Below are positions 9,017 through 19,500 of a stretch of 29,429 bases of DNA, in pieces (the stretch's first letter is position 1; each line of letters begins with the position of its first letter). The DNA comes from a virus. Taxonomy: Duplodnaviria; Caudoviricetes. Below the pieces are notes generated by a model, which worked only from the letters and a program-made list of their open reading frames with translations, had not been told where the DNA came from and did not search any database. The position numbers were made by a program, and so were the translations under genes. The stretch is taken from positions 1 to 29,429 of the IMG/VR virus record IMGVR_UViG_3300020044_002005. One strand, 5' to 3'.

Positions 9017-9688
9017 ATGTCTGAATTTAAAGGCGTACAACTTAAAAGAAGTACCACAGCAGGAGCCGTTCCTGAAGCAGCACAACTAGTCGAAGGCGAA
9101 TTAGCTATCAACTTGTTGGATAAGAAACTATACAGTAAGAACGCTACAACTGTATTCGAACTAAAAGGCACTGTTGATGATGGTAGTATCACTACACCTA
9201 AGCTAGCCTCTGGTGTTGCAAGTACTATTGTAACTGCAGCATTAAACGCTGTATATCCAATTGGATCTCAATATGTAAACTTTAGCGATGCAACTAACCC
9301 TGCAACTCTCCTAGGTATTGGTAACTGGACAGCTATTGCTGGTAGAGTAGTTGTTGGTTTAGATAGTACAGACTCTGCATTTGATACTGCTGGTGAAACT
9401 GGTGGATCTAAAAATGCGGTTGTTGTAAGTCACACACACGGTGGTGGTACAACAAGCACAGCTTCTTTGACAGGTTCATTTACTAACTCTTCAAACTCTG
9501 GTTATAACGTAACTGGTGTATTCTCTACAATTAACACTTTCGGTGGTAACGGTGGTGAGCCACAAACAAACCGCACTGTAGGCTTCGATGCTTCACACAA
9601 TCATACTATTGAGCCTGAAGGTGTATCAGCAACTAATGCAAACCTCCAACCATATGTCGTAGCTTACGTTTGGAAACGTACAGCGTAA
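9017..9688 (+). CDS. Tail fibre/spike protein with T4 gp10-like C-terminal domain
   Basis: N-terminal QLKRS...GELAIN..DKKLY attachment motif; C-terminal YPIGS...NPATLLG.G.W...GRVVVG...NLQPYVVAYVWKRTA. Confidence 0.75.
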   Translation: MSEFKGVQLKRSTTAGAVPEAAQLVEGELAINLLDKKLYSKNATTVFELKGTVDDGSITTPKLASGVASTIVTAALNAVYPIGSQYVNFSDATNPATLLGIGNWTAIAGRVVVGLDSTDSAFDTAGETGGSKNAVVVSHTHGGGTTSTASLTGSFTNSSNSGYNVTGVFSTINTFGGNGGEPQTNRTVGFDASHNHTIEPEGVSATNANLQPYVVAYVWKRTA

Positions 9689-9709
9689 TCGGTACCTAAT
9701 AGGAAACAA
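9689..9709 (+). promoter_or_regulatory. Candidate phage-RNAP promoter / recurrent intergenic motif
   Basis: TCGGTACCTAATAGGAAACAA; separate 13-nt exact matches on the minus strand at 28867..28879 and 26699..26711. Confidence 0.4.
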
Positions 9710-9711
9710 TC

Positions 9712-10395
9712 TTGAAAAGAAACCAACGTAACAAGGTAAAAGAGCAACAAGCAAAGCCTCGCTCTTTCCACATCCAACCTAAAACACAAAACCAAGGATT
9801 ATTGTTAGACGCTATTGAGTACTTCCCTATTACAGTCACTTTAGGTGCGGCTGGTGTAGGTAAGACTTATTGTGCAGCCTCAAAGGTAGCACAGTTATTT
9901 CAGTCGGGTACATATGATCATATTATTCTTACACGGAGTAATGTCCCTACAGGACGATCATTAGGTTTCTTCCCCGGCGACATCAAAGAGAAGTTAGCCC
10001 CTTGGCTACTTCCTATGATTACGGTATTACAAAAACAGTTAACACAAACCAAGTACGAATACTTACTTGCTAAGGACACCATCCAATACCAACCTATTGA
10101 AACTATTAGAGGTCGTTCATTTGAGAACTCTCTTATTCTTGTTGATGAAGTACAGAATATTACTATTGAAGAATTAAAAGCTATTACTACTCGCTTAGGT
10201 GAGAATAGCAAAATGATTCTTATGGGTGATGCTTCTCAATCAGATATTAATAATGGTAACGATATTCTAAGATTTTGCGCTATGTGCGAACGTGCAGGTA
10301 TTGAAATCCCTATTGTAAGGTTTACAGTAGATGATATCGTAAGATCAGATATTGTAGGTGAACTGGTTAAGATGTTTATCAAAGAAAAGATTTAA
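9712..10395 (+). CDS. phoH: PhoH-like ATPase
   Basis: GAAGVGKT Walker A; LGFFPG, IRGRSF, DEVQN, TRLGENSK, GDASQSD and DIVRS motifs; TTG start. Confidence 0.95.
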   Translation: MKRNQRNKVKEQQAKPRSFHIQPKTQNQGLLLDAIEYFPITVTLGAAGVGKTYCAASKVAQLFQSGTYDHIILTRSNVPTGRSLGFFPGDIKEKLAPWLLPMITVLQKQLTQTKYEYLLAKDTIQYQPIETIRGRSFENSLILVDEVQNITIEELKAITTRLGENSKMILMGDASQSDINNGNDILRFCAMCERAGIEIPIVRFTVDDIVRSDIVGELVKMFIKEKI

Positions 10396-10404
10396 AGGAA
10401 CAAT

Positions 10405-12117
10405 ATGCCAACAAAACAAATCTTAAACCTAGGTACAGGTGGGGTATCTTATGATACACCTAAAGTACTTCTCCCTGAGAATGTATTCTCTGATGTACGT
10501 AATGTTAGGTTTAAGAACCAGTCAGTTGGTACTATTACAGGTGAAGAGCTATACGCTAACGTTGTTAATCATCCCAACTATGGTATCTTTTGGAGACGCC
10601 CTGATGGTTACTTTAATGTGTTCATTAGGGATGATTACAGCGTTATCGTTGATGCTACAGCTGCCCGAGATACTACACTAGGTTTAGTGTGGGACGTAGC
10701 TCGTATTGAGACTACAACTACTTGTGATACAGCACCTGCATGGGCTTGTGCCGAATTTACAGATCTAGTAGCTGACAGCGTAATCAACACTTACTCAGAA
10801 GCTCAACTAGTACTTTCACAAGGTATTATTGCTGAGAGTGGTGGTGCAGTAACTGATACTGCTTACTCACTACGACAGTGGCAATCTACCACATTCAACG
10901 GTGGTTATGCCTTAGTTATTAATGACGGTCAAAGAACTCCTAAGTATATCAACTATACAACAGATGTAAGTTCTTTTGCCTTCTCTGATATTCCCGGATG
11001 GAATTATACTTCTGGAGTAACCATCTCAACTAAGGTTATTAAACCATTAGGTTATTCTTTAGTTGCCGCTAACTTAACCTTTGTAACTACATCTACAGGT
11101 GCTGTAACTTATGCACCATCTACTGTTAGAATTTCTACTCAAGCAGCTCCGGGTGGATTCCCTCAGATTTGGGAACCCGGATTAACAACTGATACTGCTG
11201 ATGAATTTGATTTAAATACTACATCACCCATCTTAGATATGGGCGAGCTGAGAGGCTCAATGTTTATTTATTCAGAAGACAGTATTAATATGCTGACTAT
11301 TAATACGGGTATTACTCGTGTACAACCTTATTCAACTAGTTTTGGTATTTTAAATACTGATTGTTTTGTTGAATTTGAAGGTAATCATTTTGTTGTAGAC
11401 AGAAATGATATCTATACGCATAATGGTTCTGGTAATATTACTACTATTGCTACTGACTTTGTCAGAGAATATTTATTTAATAACCTTAGTTATGCAAACC
11501 AAACAAAGGTATTTGTAAAGAAAGACAGTTACAACAGAGAGATCTGGGTATGCTATCCTAAAGGAGAAAGTATTACTTGTAATGAAGCTCTTATTTATAA
11601 TTACAAAAACAAAGTATGGACCGTAAGAGACTTACCTAATATTACATATATGTTTAACTCATTAAGAGTAGAACCATTCTTAGAGATTCCTGAAAAGAAT
11701 ACTATGATTATGTTGACTGGTAATGAAATGATTATGGATACATCAAGTGAATATAATATGTATGATGCTACCACAAATACGTTTAAACCTTTTGAATCAT
11801 ATGTAACAAAAGAAAAGTTAAATACTGGTGATTTATTTGGTTCGATGCATATTACTTCTTTGACTCCTGTGTTTGATATGGTACCTGAAGGTAACGATAT
11901 TAATATTAAAGTCACTGGTGAGAATACATTTAACACCACTCCCGATTGGGATAATCCTCGTAACCTATTTGTGTTTAAACCAGATGATGCTCGTAGTCAA
12001 GGCTACAAAGTTGATCCTCGTGTAACAGGTAGATTGTTATCTTATGATATTCGCGCGGAAGGTCCGTGGAGATTATCTTTAATTGGTATTGATATTGCAC
12101 CTAAAGATAGGAGATAA
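10405..12117 (+). CDS. Tail nozzle / tail tubular protein B-like (beta-propeller)
   Basis: 570 aa, beta-rich; NVRF N-terminal motif and EIWVCYP...ALIYNY...W motif; sits just before the ejection genes. Confidence 0.7.
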   Translation: MPTKQILNLGTGGVSYDTPKVLLPENVFSDVRNVRFKNQSVGTITGEELYANVVNHPNYGIFWRRPDGYFNVFIRDDYSVIVDATAARDTTLGLVWDVARIETTTTCDTAPAWACAEFTDLVADSVINTYSEAQLVLSQGIIAESGGAVTDTAYSLRQWQSTTFNGGYALVINDGQRTPKYINYTTDVSSFAFSDIPGWNYTSGVTISTKVIKPLGYSLVAANLTFVTTSTGAVTYAPSTVRISTQAAPGGFPQIWEPGLTTDTADEFDLNTTSPILDMGELRGSMFIYSEDSINMLTINTGITRVQPYSTSFGILNTDCFVEFEGNHFVVDRNDIYTHNGSGNITTIATDFVREYLFNNLSYANQTKVFVKKDSYNREIWVCYPKGESITCNEALIYNYKNKVWTVRDLPNITYMFNSLRVEPFLEIPEKNTMIMLTGNEMIMDTSSEYNMYDATTNTFKPFESYVTKEKLNTGDLFGSMHITSLTPVFDMVPEGNDINIKVTGENTFNTTPDWDNPRNLFVFKPDDARSQGYKVDPRVTGRLLSYDIRAEGPWRLSLIGIDIAPKDRR

Positions 12118-12119
12118 GT

Positions 12120-12308
12120 ATGAACCTTAATGGACCAATTACTGGTGATAAAGAATTAGATTCTTATTTATTCCATATTAAAAGAGCTATTGAAGATATT
12201 ATTTATGTAATAGATTTACAAAATAAGAGTGGTTATACAGGTACATTTATTGCAGACGGTCAAACTGTTACTGTTGATAAGGGTATTATTACAGGAGTCA
12301 CTCCATGA
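12120..12308 (+). CDS. Small hypothetical virion protein
   Basis: GGAG RBS; tightly packed; ends YTGTF...VTVDKGIITGV. Confidence 0.6.
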   Translation: MNLNGPITGDKELDSYLFHIKRAIEDIIYVIDLQNKSGYTGTFIADGQTVTVDKGIITGVTP

Positions 12309-12718
12309 TGATCACTATATTATCCCACGCTGAAATACTAGCTCACTGGAATACCTTATCAGTTCTTTTAAATAAAGCTATTGATCAGAATTGTGGTGAA
12401 GCAAAGTTAGAGGACTACCTAAGAAAAGTCCTTAATAACGAAGCTCAACTGTGGGCTATCTTTGATAATGATATTATCACTGGTGCAGGTGTCACTGAGG
12501 TGCTTACTTATTCAAAACAAAAAGTGTTCCATATCTTCCTCTTTGCAGGAATTGACTTTGAACTACAGTCACAAGTGTTCCCTATTGTAGAAGCCTTCGC
12601 TAAGGATTGCGGATGTGTTGCTATCGAACAATGGGGTAGGAAAGGTTGGGCTAAGACCCTTCCTAAGTATGTTCCCGGATTTAGGGAAGTCTATACAGTA
12701 ATGAGGAAAGAATTATGA
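12305..12718 (+). CDS. GNAT-fold-like protein (position of T7 gp13-like gene)
   Basis: QLW...GAGVTEV and AKDCGC..IEQWGRKGWAK pattern; lies between nozzle and ejection genes; ATGA overlaps at both ends. Confidence 0.55.
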   Translation: MMITILSHAEILAHWNTLSVLLNKAIDQNCGEAKLEDYLRKVLNNEAQLWAIFDNDIITGAGVTEVLTYSKQKVFHIFLFAGIDFELQSQVFPIVEAFAKDCGCVAIEQWGRKGWAKTLPKYVPGFREVYTVMRKEL

Positions 12719-13416
12719 AATACAATATCACAGGTAAACTAAACAAGCGCCGTACAGGTGGTGGTGGAGCCACTACTGTTGACTCAATCCCTGCATGGGC
12801 TGCTCCGTATGTTTCTAAGGCTATGGCTACTACTGAAGGTCAGTACGAAGCTGGTAATCTAGATAACGTAGCAGGTACCTCTGAACTCCAGAACCAAGCG
12901 TTCACTACAGGCGCTCAAGGTATTAACCAAGCTACCACTACCGGATTAACTGCTCTTCAGCAACAGCAACAACGATTAAATTCACTTGCAGATACACCTA
13001 ACGCAACTCAACTAGAAGCTCAAAAGAATGCAGTAGTATTAGACGCTCAGAAACGAGTAGCAGGTATGGATACTCAGTTTGGTCAGGCAGGTACATTAGG
13101 TTCTGCTCGCCAAGCCGTTATGCAAGGTGCTCAGAACGCAGATACTACAGCTAAGTTAGCTCAAGTAGATGCTGATTATTCAAACAAGATGTTCCAGAAC
13201 AGACTAGCTGCAGAACAAGCCTTAGGTTCTTCTGTGACTACAGGTTCACAAGTTGCTACTACAGGTGCCTCTAGCCTAGCTAATTTAGGTACACAGCAAA
13301 GAGCTATTGACCAGTCTCAGCTTGATGCTGATTGGCAAGGTCTACAGCGTTATGCTTCTACTATCTATGGTACTCCTGCTAAACAATCTGCTGTAACGAA
13401 TGGTAAAGGACTCTAA
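12715..13416 (+). CDS. Internal virion / DNA ejection protein
   Basis: GGGG-ATT...IPAWAAPY N-terminus; Gln/Ala-rich helical body with a FGQAGTLGSARQA motif. Confidence 0.65.
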   Translation: MKYNITGKLNKRRTGGGGATTVDSIPAWAAPYVSKAMATTEGQYEAGNLDNVAGTSELQNQAFTTGAQGINQATTTGLTALQQQQQRLNSLADTPNATQLEAQKNAVVLDAQKRVAGMDTQFGQAGTLGSARQAVMQGAQNADTTAKLAQVDADYSNKMFQNRLAAEQALGSSVTTGSQVATTGASSLANLGTQQRAIDQSQLDADWQGLQRYASTIYGTPAKQSAVTNGKGL

Positions 13417-13418
13417 TC

Positions 13419-14009
13419 ATGGCTGACTATAAAGACCCTTGGGCATGGATGCAGGGCGAACAAGTCCCTAAAAATTCAAACACTTTGCCTCCAGTACCCC
13501 AAGTACAGGCACCTGCCAATATAACAGGTGGTGGCCCAGGTATGCTTACTAATATGGCAGTTACTAAGGGTGTCAATAAGGGGTCTGAAGCAGCTTACGA
13601 CTATGGTAAAGGTGCTTACGATTCCTATATTGCCTCCCAACCAAGTAATGTAGGAACCGTTACACCTGTACAAGGTCCAGCTACAGGTGCAGAAGCAGCA
13701 ACATCACAACCATTAGCACCATTATCTGCACCTGTAGAACCAACTACTGCGGCTGCAGCTCAAGGTTCTGAAATTGCAGGTTCTGCTGCTACGGCCCAAG
13801 CCGCTACCGAAGCTGGTGCGGCAACGTTAGCTACGGACGCCGCAGGTGCAACTGCAGCACAACAAGCTTCAGTGCTTGCAGCACAACAAGCGTCTGCCGC
13901 CGCCGCCGCTGAAGGTGCCGCCGCATCAGGTATCGCTGCTACTAACTTTTGGAATCCAGTTGGATGGGCTGCAGCTGCTTACGCTGCCTACAAACTATCG
14001 CAGTCTTAA
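13419..14009 (+). CDS. Internal virion protein, Ala/Pro-rich
   Basis: AAGGA RBS; hydrophobic C-terminal WNPVGWAAAAYAAY segment typical of membrane-inserting ejection proteins. Confidence 0.6.
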   Translation: MADYKDPWAWMQGEQVPKNSNTLPPVPQVQAPANITGGGPGMLTNMAVTKGVNKGSEAAYDYGKGAYDSYIASQPSNVGTVTPVQGPATGAEAATSQPLAPLSAPVEPTTAAAAQGSEIAGSAATAQAATEAGAATLATDAAGATAAQQASVLAAQQASAAAAAEGAAASGIAATNFWNPVGWAAAAYAAYKLSQS

Positions 14010-14019
14010 GGAGAAACAT

Positions 14020-16524
14020 ATGGGGCCATTATCAGGCAAACAACAAAGAGAGTGGGCTAAACACCACGCTAAAGAGGCTCGCGAATCCGCTAAGATGGAA
14101 TCAGAAGAAGCCCGTAAACAACAACTACATGAGATCAAGCTTCAAGAAACTGCTGCTAAGGCTAACCAAGGTATTGGTCATAAAGAAGAGATTCATGGTT
14201 TAAAAGTAAAAGAGCTAGGTGGTCCTCTAAGCGGTTCTAAGCGTATTAATCGTCAGAAGCTAGGTCTACCTAGCAACAATCCACTAGCTGGTACTGAAGT
14301 ATTTAACCGTGGTCAGCATATGCTACCTAAGGGTACTGATACGGTTCCTGCTATGCTAACTCCCGGTGAGGCTGTTATTCCTAAAGCTGCGGCTCAAGAC
14401 CCTAAGAATAAACCAATCATTAAAAAGATGGTTCAAGAAGGTCGTACTAAGCACTATGCTAACGGTACCGAGTCAGTACCTAATATTGCTGGTAATACCT
14501 ATCACACAGATAGCGTAGCTACTATGGCAAATGGTACTACACAAGTAGAACCACGTTACTACGAAGTTGGAGATGTTGATGTAGCTCCTTACGGCTTTAG
14601 GTACCAAAACAATGACCCTATTGTAGCACCTATTGACTACTCGCTTCCAATGCCTAAAGGTAATGGTTACATGGGTAACGTTGGTTCTGCTGAAGTACCT
14701 GTTACTGAATATACTTTAGATGATAATAAAGGTCAATACCCTAGTGTTGTGCCTACATTAAGCCGTGACGAAGTTGCTACAATAGCTACTGGAGGTATGA
14801 CACCTGAAATTACCAATAAAGCAGCATTGTATCGCGATACCCGTGAAGCTAATGGCGAATCACCCTTTGCAGATCGTATTGGTTTGAAAGTCCCGGTAGG
14901 CGCTGCGGATGACTTGTATAAGCAAGGCCAACCTTCTCCTGTATCTGTTGCTGAATTATCAGCTAAACCTACAGTACCAGTAACACAAGCTGTTCCTGTT
15001 ATGCAAGATGATCAATACAATCCTGACGTTAAACAAGGTGAAATTCCCCTTAAGGACGATCAATACAATCCTGATGTTAAACAAGCTGTAGCCGTACCAT
15101 TCCCTGTGGATGATCAATATAATGCAGATGTTAAACAATGGGCTAAAGGTGGCGCTGCCACTCGTAGTATTACTCCTGAAGCATTAAAAGTTGATGAAGC
15201 TAATGCTGAAGTAGCAAAACAATTAGCAGGAGACAAAGAGTTTAACGCTAAGATTGACGCAGCACTTGCAAAGAATGATAAGTCACTCGTAAGCAAGATC
15301 ATTGAAGACGTATATGGTGACACTGGTATTTTTAACCGTAAAGACTTAGTACGATTTGCCTTAACAGCAGGTGGTAGTATGGCTATGGGTTACAACGCTA
15401 ACCAAGCTTTACGTTTTGCGGGTCGTGATGTGTTAGCTCATGCTGATAAACGTAATGCTCAGGAAGCTGCGTACAAGCAACAAGAAGCTATGGCTATCCG
15501 TTCAGACAATCGCATGATTGCTGCTGAAGATAGACGTTACAAGCGTGAGGATGATCGTTATGAGCGTACATTAAAGGCAACTGAGAAAAGAGAGTTTGCA
15601 GCGTTGGCTAAAGAAAAGCGTAAAGAGCTTGAGAACGACCAAGATCGCTATGAGAACTTTGCTTCTAAAGATGTACCCGCAGGTATCCGCCAGAAAGCTT
15701 TAGATATGGCCTACGCACCGCTTAAAGGTGAAACAGCTGAAGAACAGTTAGAAGAACGCCGCCGTAACCTTCGCCAAGCCACTACATTGTTAGCTAATAG
15801 TACTGTGTACAAAGACCCTAACAGTGGTCGTCATGATCGTGTTGCTAAGTTTGATTGGTACGAAGATTCTAAAGGTAATACTGTGTATGCTGCTCAAGAC
15901 CCTTATGGTTCAGGTAAGATGATTGTACGTAATAACGATGGAACTACTGTTCAAATTGGTGGTGAACACCTCCGCAAAGAGGGCACTACTGCTAAACAAG
16001 GTAAGTACGTTGCAGAAGTTACAAGCGAATACTTGAAGAACGCAAAAGATAAAGATGGTAAATTATTAGATACTTCTGCTGTCGGCGCTAAGATTATGAC
16101 TGCTATGCAAGACCATCCGGGCATTGGGAATAACCCTTACGCAGTTAATGCTGCTGTTGAACAAACTGTTAAGGCTCTTGCTGAAACAGGTAAGGATTAT
16201 TCAGCGACTGCTGTTCGCCATGCATTCTCAGGCTCAATGGTTAAGGCGCTTACTGCATCTCAGACTGATTTGTTTATTGCACAAGGTAGCAAACCCGGAA
16301 ACCCTAAACCAGTATCTGGCACTTCGCTAACTGAATTTGGTAAGGCTATGGAGGATGTTCAAGGTAAAAAGAAAGTAGATCTAACAAGAGCTACTGAAGT
16401 TTACACCGACATCTGGAAGAACTTACCCGTAGCTGAGAAACAAAAGATTGCCAATACTACTCGCGATGGATATTCTCCATTTCAAGAATTTGTAATCCGT
16501 GATTCTAAAAAGATTGATAAGTAA
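14020..16524 (+). CDS. Large internal virion / ejection protein (834 aa)
   Basis: Start moved to ATG 14020 behind AAGGAG; GTDTVPAMLTPGEAVIP motif seen in injected and tape-measure proteins; charged coiled-coil centre. Confidence 0.7.
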   Translation: MGPLSGKQQREWAKHHAKEARESAKMESEEARKQQLHEIKLQETAAKANQGIGHKEEIHGLKVKELGGPLSGSKRINRQKLGLPSNNPLAGTEVFNRGQHMLPKGTDTVPAMLTPGEAVIPKAAAQDPKNKPIIKKMVQEGRTKHYANGTESVPNIAGNTYHTDSVATMANGTTQVEPRYYEVGDVDVAPYGFRYQNNDPIVAPIDYSLPMPKGNGYMGNVGSAEVPVTEYTLDDNKGQYPSVVPTLSRDEVATIATGGMTPEITNKAALYRDTREANGESPFADRIGLKVPVGAADDLYKQGQPSPVSVAELSAKPTVPVTQAVPVMQDDQYNPDVKQGEIPLKDDQYNPDVKQAVAVPFPVDDQYNADVKQWAKGGAATRSITPEALKVDEANAEVAKQLAGDKEFNAKIDAALAKNDKSLVSKIIEDVYGDTGIFNRKDLVRFALTAGGSMAMGYNANQALRFAGRDVLAHADKRNAQEAAYKQQEAMAIRSDNRMIAAEDRRYKREDDRYERTLKATEKREFAALAKEKRKELENDQDRYENFASKDVPAGIRQKALDMAYAPLKGETAEEQLEERRRNLRQATTLLANSTVYKDPNSGRHDRVAKFDWYEDSKGNTVYAAQDPYGSGKMIVRNNDGTTVQIGGEHLRKEGTTAKQGKYVAEVTSEYLKNAKDKDGKLLDTSAVGAKIMTAMQDHPGIGNNPYAVNAAVEQTVKALAETGKDYSATAVRHAFSGSMVKALTASQTDLFIAQGSKPGNPKPVSGTSLTEFGKAMEDVQGKKKVDLTRATEVYTDIWKNLPVAEKQKIANTTRDGYSPFQEFVIRDSKKIDK
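15007..15138 (+). repeat. Three 30-bp coding repeats, DDQYN(P/A)DVKQ
   Basis: Copies at 15007-15036, 15055-15084 and 15109-15138, separated by 18 and 24 nt; differences mostly synonymous. Confidence 0.9.
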
Positions 16525-16542
16525 TTAAAAGGAGGTGAGCCT

Positions 16543-19500
16543 ATGGGTTCATTATTTGAAGAAGCATTAGCTAAGAGAACAGAGGTTAGCCCTCAGCCAT
16601 CTCCAATGAAGGTTAATGGTGTAGAATCAATAACTACACCTAACTGGATTGACCCTGATACGGTAAAGTTGGGAAGCCAACCTTATCGTATTAAAGGTTA
16701 CAACGCACCCGAAGTACCACACATTAAAGGCGGTGTCTTCGTTCCAGGTGAAGATCAAGGTGCTGCAGCAGGGATACCCGCTATGGCTGATCAATTAGGT
16801 TTTAATAACTTAGTTGTGCAAGGTACAGACCCTTATGGTCGTAAGTTAGCTGACTTACAAAATAAACGTGGTGAAAGTTTTGGTTCATTTGCAACTAGAA
16901 CTGGTATGGTAGAGCCTAGCAAGTTCACTACACCCGAAGACTTAGATGCTCGTGCTGCAACTAATGCGTTTGCTTTCTTAAATCCTAAAATGGCAGAGAA
17001 GGATCCAGCTATTGCTGCTGGTATTCAAGCCCGTAAAGAAGATCAAGCTCGCGCTGATGCTTTAGGTCGTCCTTTGTTTATGCCTAAGATTGATGTCTTC
17101 AATGAAGCTCAATATGCAGGTTTTAAACAAGGTATTGGTCATCAAGCGGTCAAACGTGAAGAAGAAGAAATTGCTAGGTTAGAAAAGTCTCTCCAAGAAG
17201 ATAACTTACCTACAGATCTTCGTGCATCCCTAGAGAAACGTCTTGAGCAATCTAGACAGACAATCTATGCTGCTTCTACTACTCCTGACTTTGTTGGTGG
17301 TGTAATGATGCGGTCTGATGACCGTACTATTATGAATCAAGCACATGACCAAGCTACTACTTCATTGTACAATGGTATGTACGATATTGTTAAAGGTGTT
17401 GGTGGTGTACTCCAAATGACTGGCGATAAAGCTGGTTGGGACTGGTTAAGTAAACGTGCTGATCAAGGTATTAAGCGTTTAGGCGTAGAACAGAATCAAT
17501 TACCCGACACGTTATCTTCCTTTAGAGATGTCAACAAAGGTGGCGGCGCTTGGGATACTATTGGTAACTCAGCCACCTATGTAGGTAACTTAGTTGCTGG
17601 TACATTACCTCAGATGGTGGTAATGGCTGGTGCTGCTATGGCTACAGGTGGCACAGGTGCTTCTGCATGGTTACTTAGCTCCGCGCCAAGTACTGCTTTG
17701 TACTCTGGTCAGTTTTATGCTGATCAACCTGACGACAAAAAGAATGCTGGCTTAGCTACCTCTATGGGTATTGCTTCAGGTATTCTTGATAAGCTTGGTT
17801 TAGACTTTATGATGGGCAAACTCGGTAAGAATATTTTTACTGCTGCTGGCCACAAAGAGTTAGTACAAGCTGTTGTTGATAATAGCAAAAAGACTGGTGT
17901 TACTCTTTCCAAAGAAGCTGCAGAACAACTTATTGAAAAAACATCTAAGTCAGAGATTCTTAAGTTAGCTCAGTTTAGTGGTGACTTTGCCAAACGGCAA
18001 ATTGCTGGTATAGAAATCACTGGTAAACGTGCTGCTGGTTTAGTAGTACAAGGTGGTGGTGAATCGGCTACAGAAGCTGCTCAACAATATGCTCAAGCAT
18101 GGGGTGAGTCAGGTAGTTGGAGTAACAACTTCAAATACGCTCGTGGTTTTGAAGATCAAATTTTAGAAGCTGCAGTAGGTGGTGGTGTGATGGGTGGAGC
18201 GTTCCATGCATCAGGTTCTGCTATGAATGCAGCTCAATGGCATTCGGCTATGAGCGCTCAAGAAGAGTACCGTAGAGTGCTTGGTGAGTCTCAAGTGTTT
18301 CAAGCTGAGAACGCTAACAAAGTAGCTACCAACAATGGCGGTCATCGTGATATCCTAAGTCTTGTAGACGCTACTTCAGGTGAAGCTACAACAGGTAAGT
18401 CAGCAAAGTTAGCTGATATTCCTTCTGAAGATAGTTTTAGATGGAGCAAGCTATTAGAGCCAGGTCGCTTAATACGCCAACTAGCTCACACAGCTATTCC
18501 ATCTATTGTGGATGAGAATGGTGCTTTAAAAGAAAACTTAGGTCACCTCAAAGCTATTATGGGTGGTTATGGTATTCTCCCGGGCGATCATGCTTCAGGA
18601 TACTATCAACGATTACTTGGTAAGTGGTCTGGTGGTATGGTTATCAAAGACGGTAACACAGAGTTTATCCCTACCAACAAAGACAGTTTAGCCTCTATGC
18701 TAGGCGTTAACACTGCAGAAGCTAACAAGATGGTACGTGACGCTTGGGTTAATTACTGGTCTAAGAATCAGGAAGTACCTAATGATACCCCACAAGGACA
18801 ACACCTCAACTGGTGGAAAAGTGCTTTAGATGAGACTCGCACAAACATGCTCAAAGAAGCTAGTGTTGCGGGTGCTGATACCGGTATGGTAACCAACTCT
18901 AACGCTTTGTTTGAATCATCTAAAATTATCCCATCACAGATTGTTGCTCATAAGAATGAATTAGTTGATGCTTTAGTTTCAGAAGGTGCTACACCACATG
19001 AAGCTCAACAGGCAGTTACTAATATTGTTTCAGGTAACAAACAAAAAGCTTCTTTAGCTCGACACTTTTTATCTGAACATAAAGTATTTTCTAAGCCTGA
19101 GTTAGCTCACTTATTTGAGAGTAATGTGTTTGATAACATTGAACACGTTAAAGAGACATTAGCCAACAACATCATGCGTAACCGTTATATTGGTAAAGAA
19201 GGTGAAGTTATTGGTAAGCTATTATTAAAGGCTAAAGCTGCAGGTGAATTTGGTAACGACCCTAATGATACACAATTTAAAGCTACAGTATCTGAAGTAA
19301 AAGCTTGGGTAGATATTATGAATGGTGATTATCATTCATTACGTAATTATCCTAACCTCCAAAAGCTATCTAACTTCTTTTGTACAGCTACAATGCTATC
19401 ATCACTAGGTAAAGCTGCTCTGTCTTCTCAAGTAGAAACATACATGGCTACTCTTGGTACTCCTGCCCATTTAATCAGCAAACAATTAGCTACTTACTAT

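Noticed and set aside
13846-14019. 58-aa N-terminal extension of the 892-aa ORF
   Set aside because: It overlaps the upstream gene out of frame; a strong AAGGAG RBS supports ATG 14020.
15007-15138. Possible mini-CRISPR array (30-bp repeats with unique spacers)
   Set aside because: Spacers are only 18 and 24 nt and keep the frame, repeat differences are mostly synonymous, the array is inside a long ORF, and no cas genes are present.
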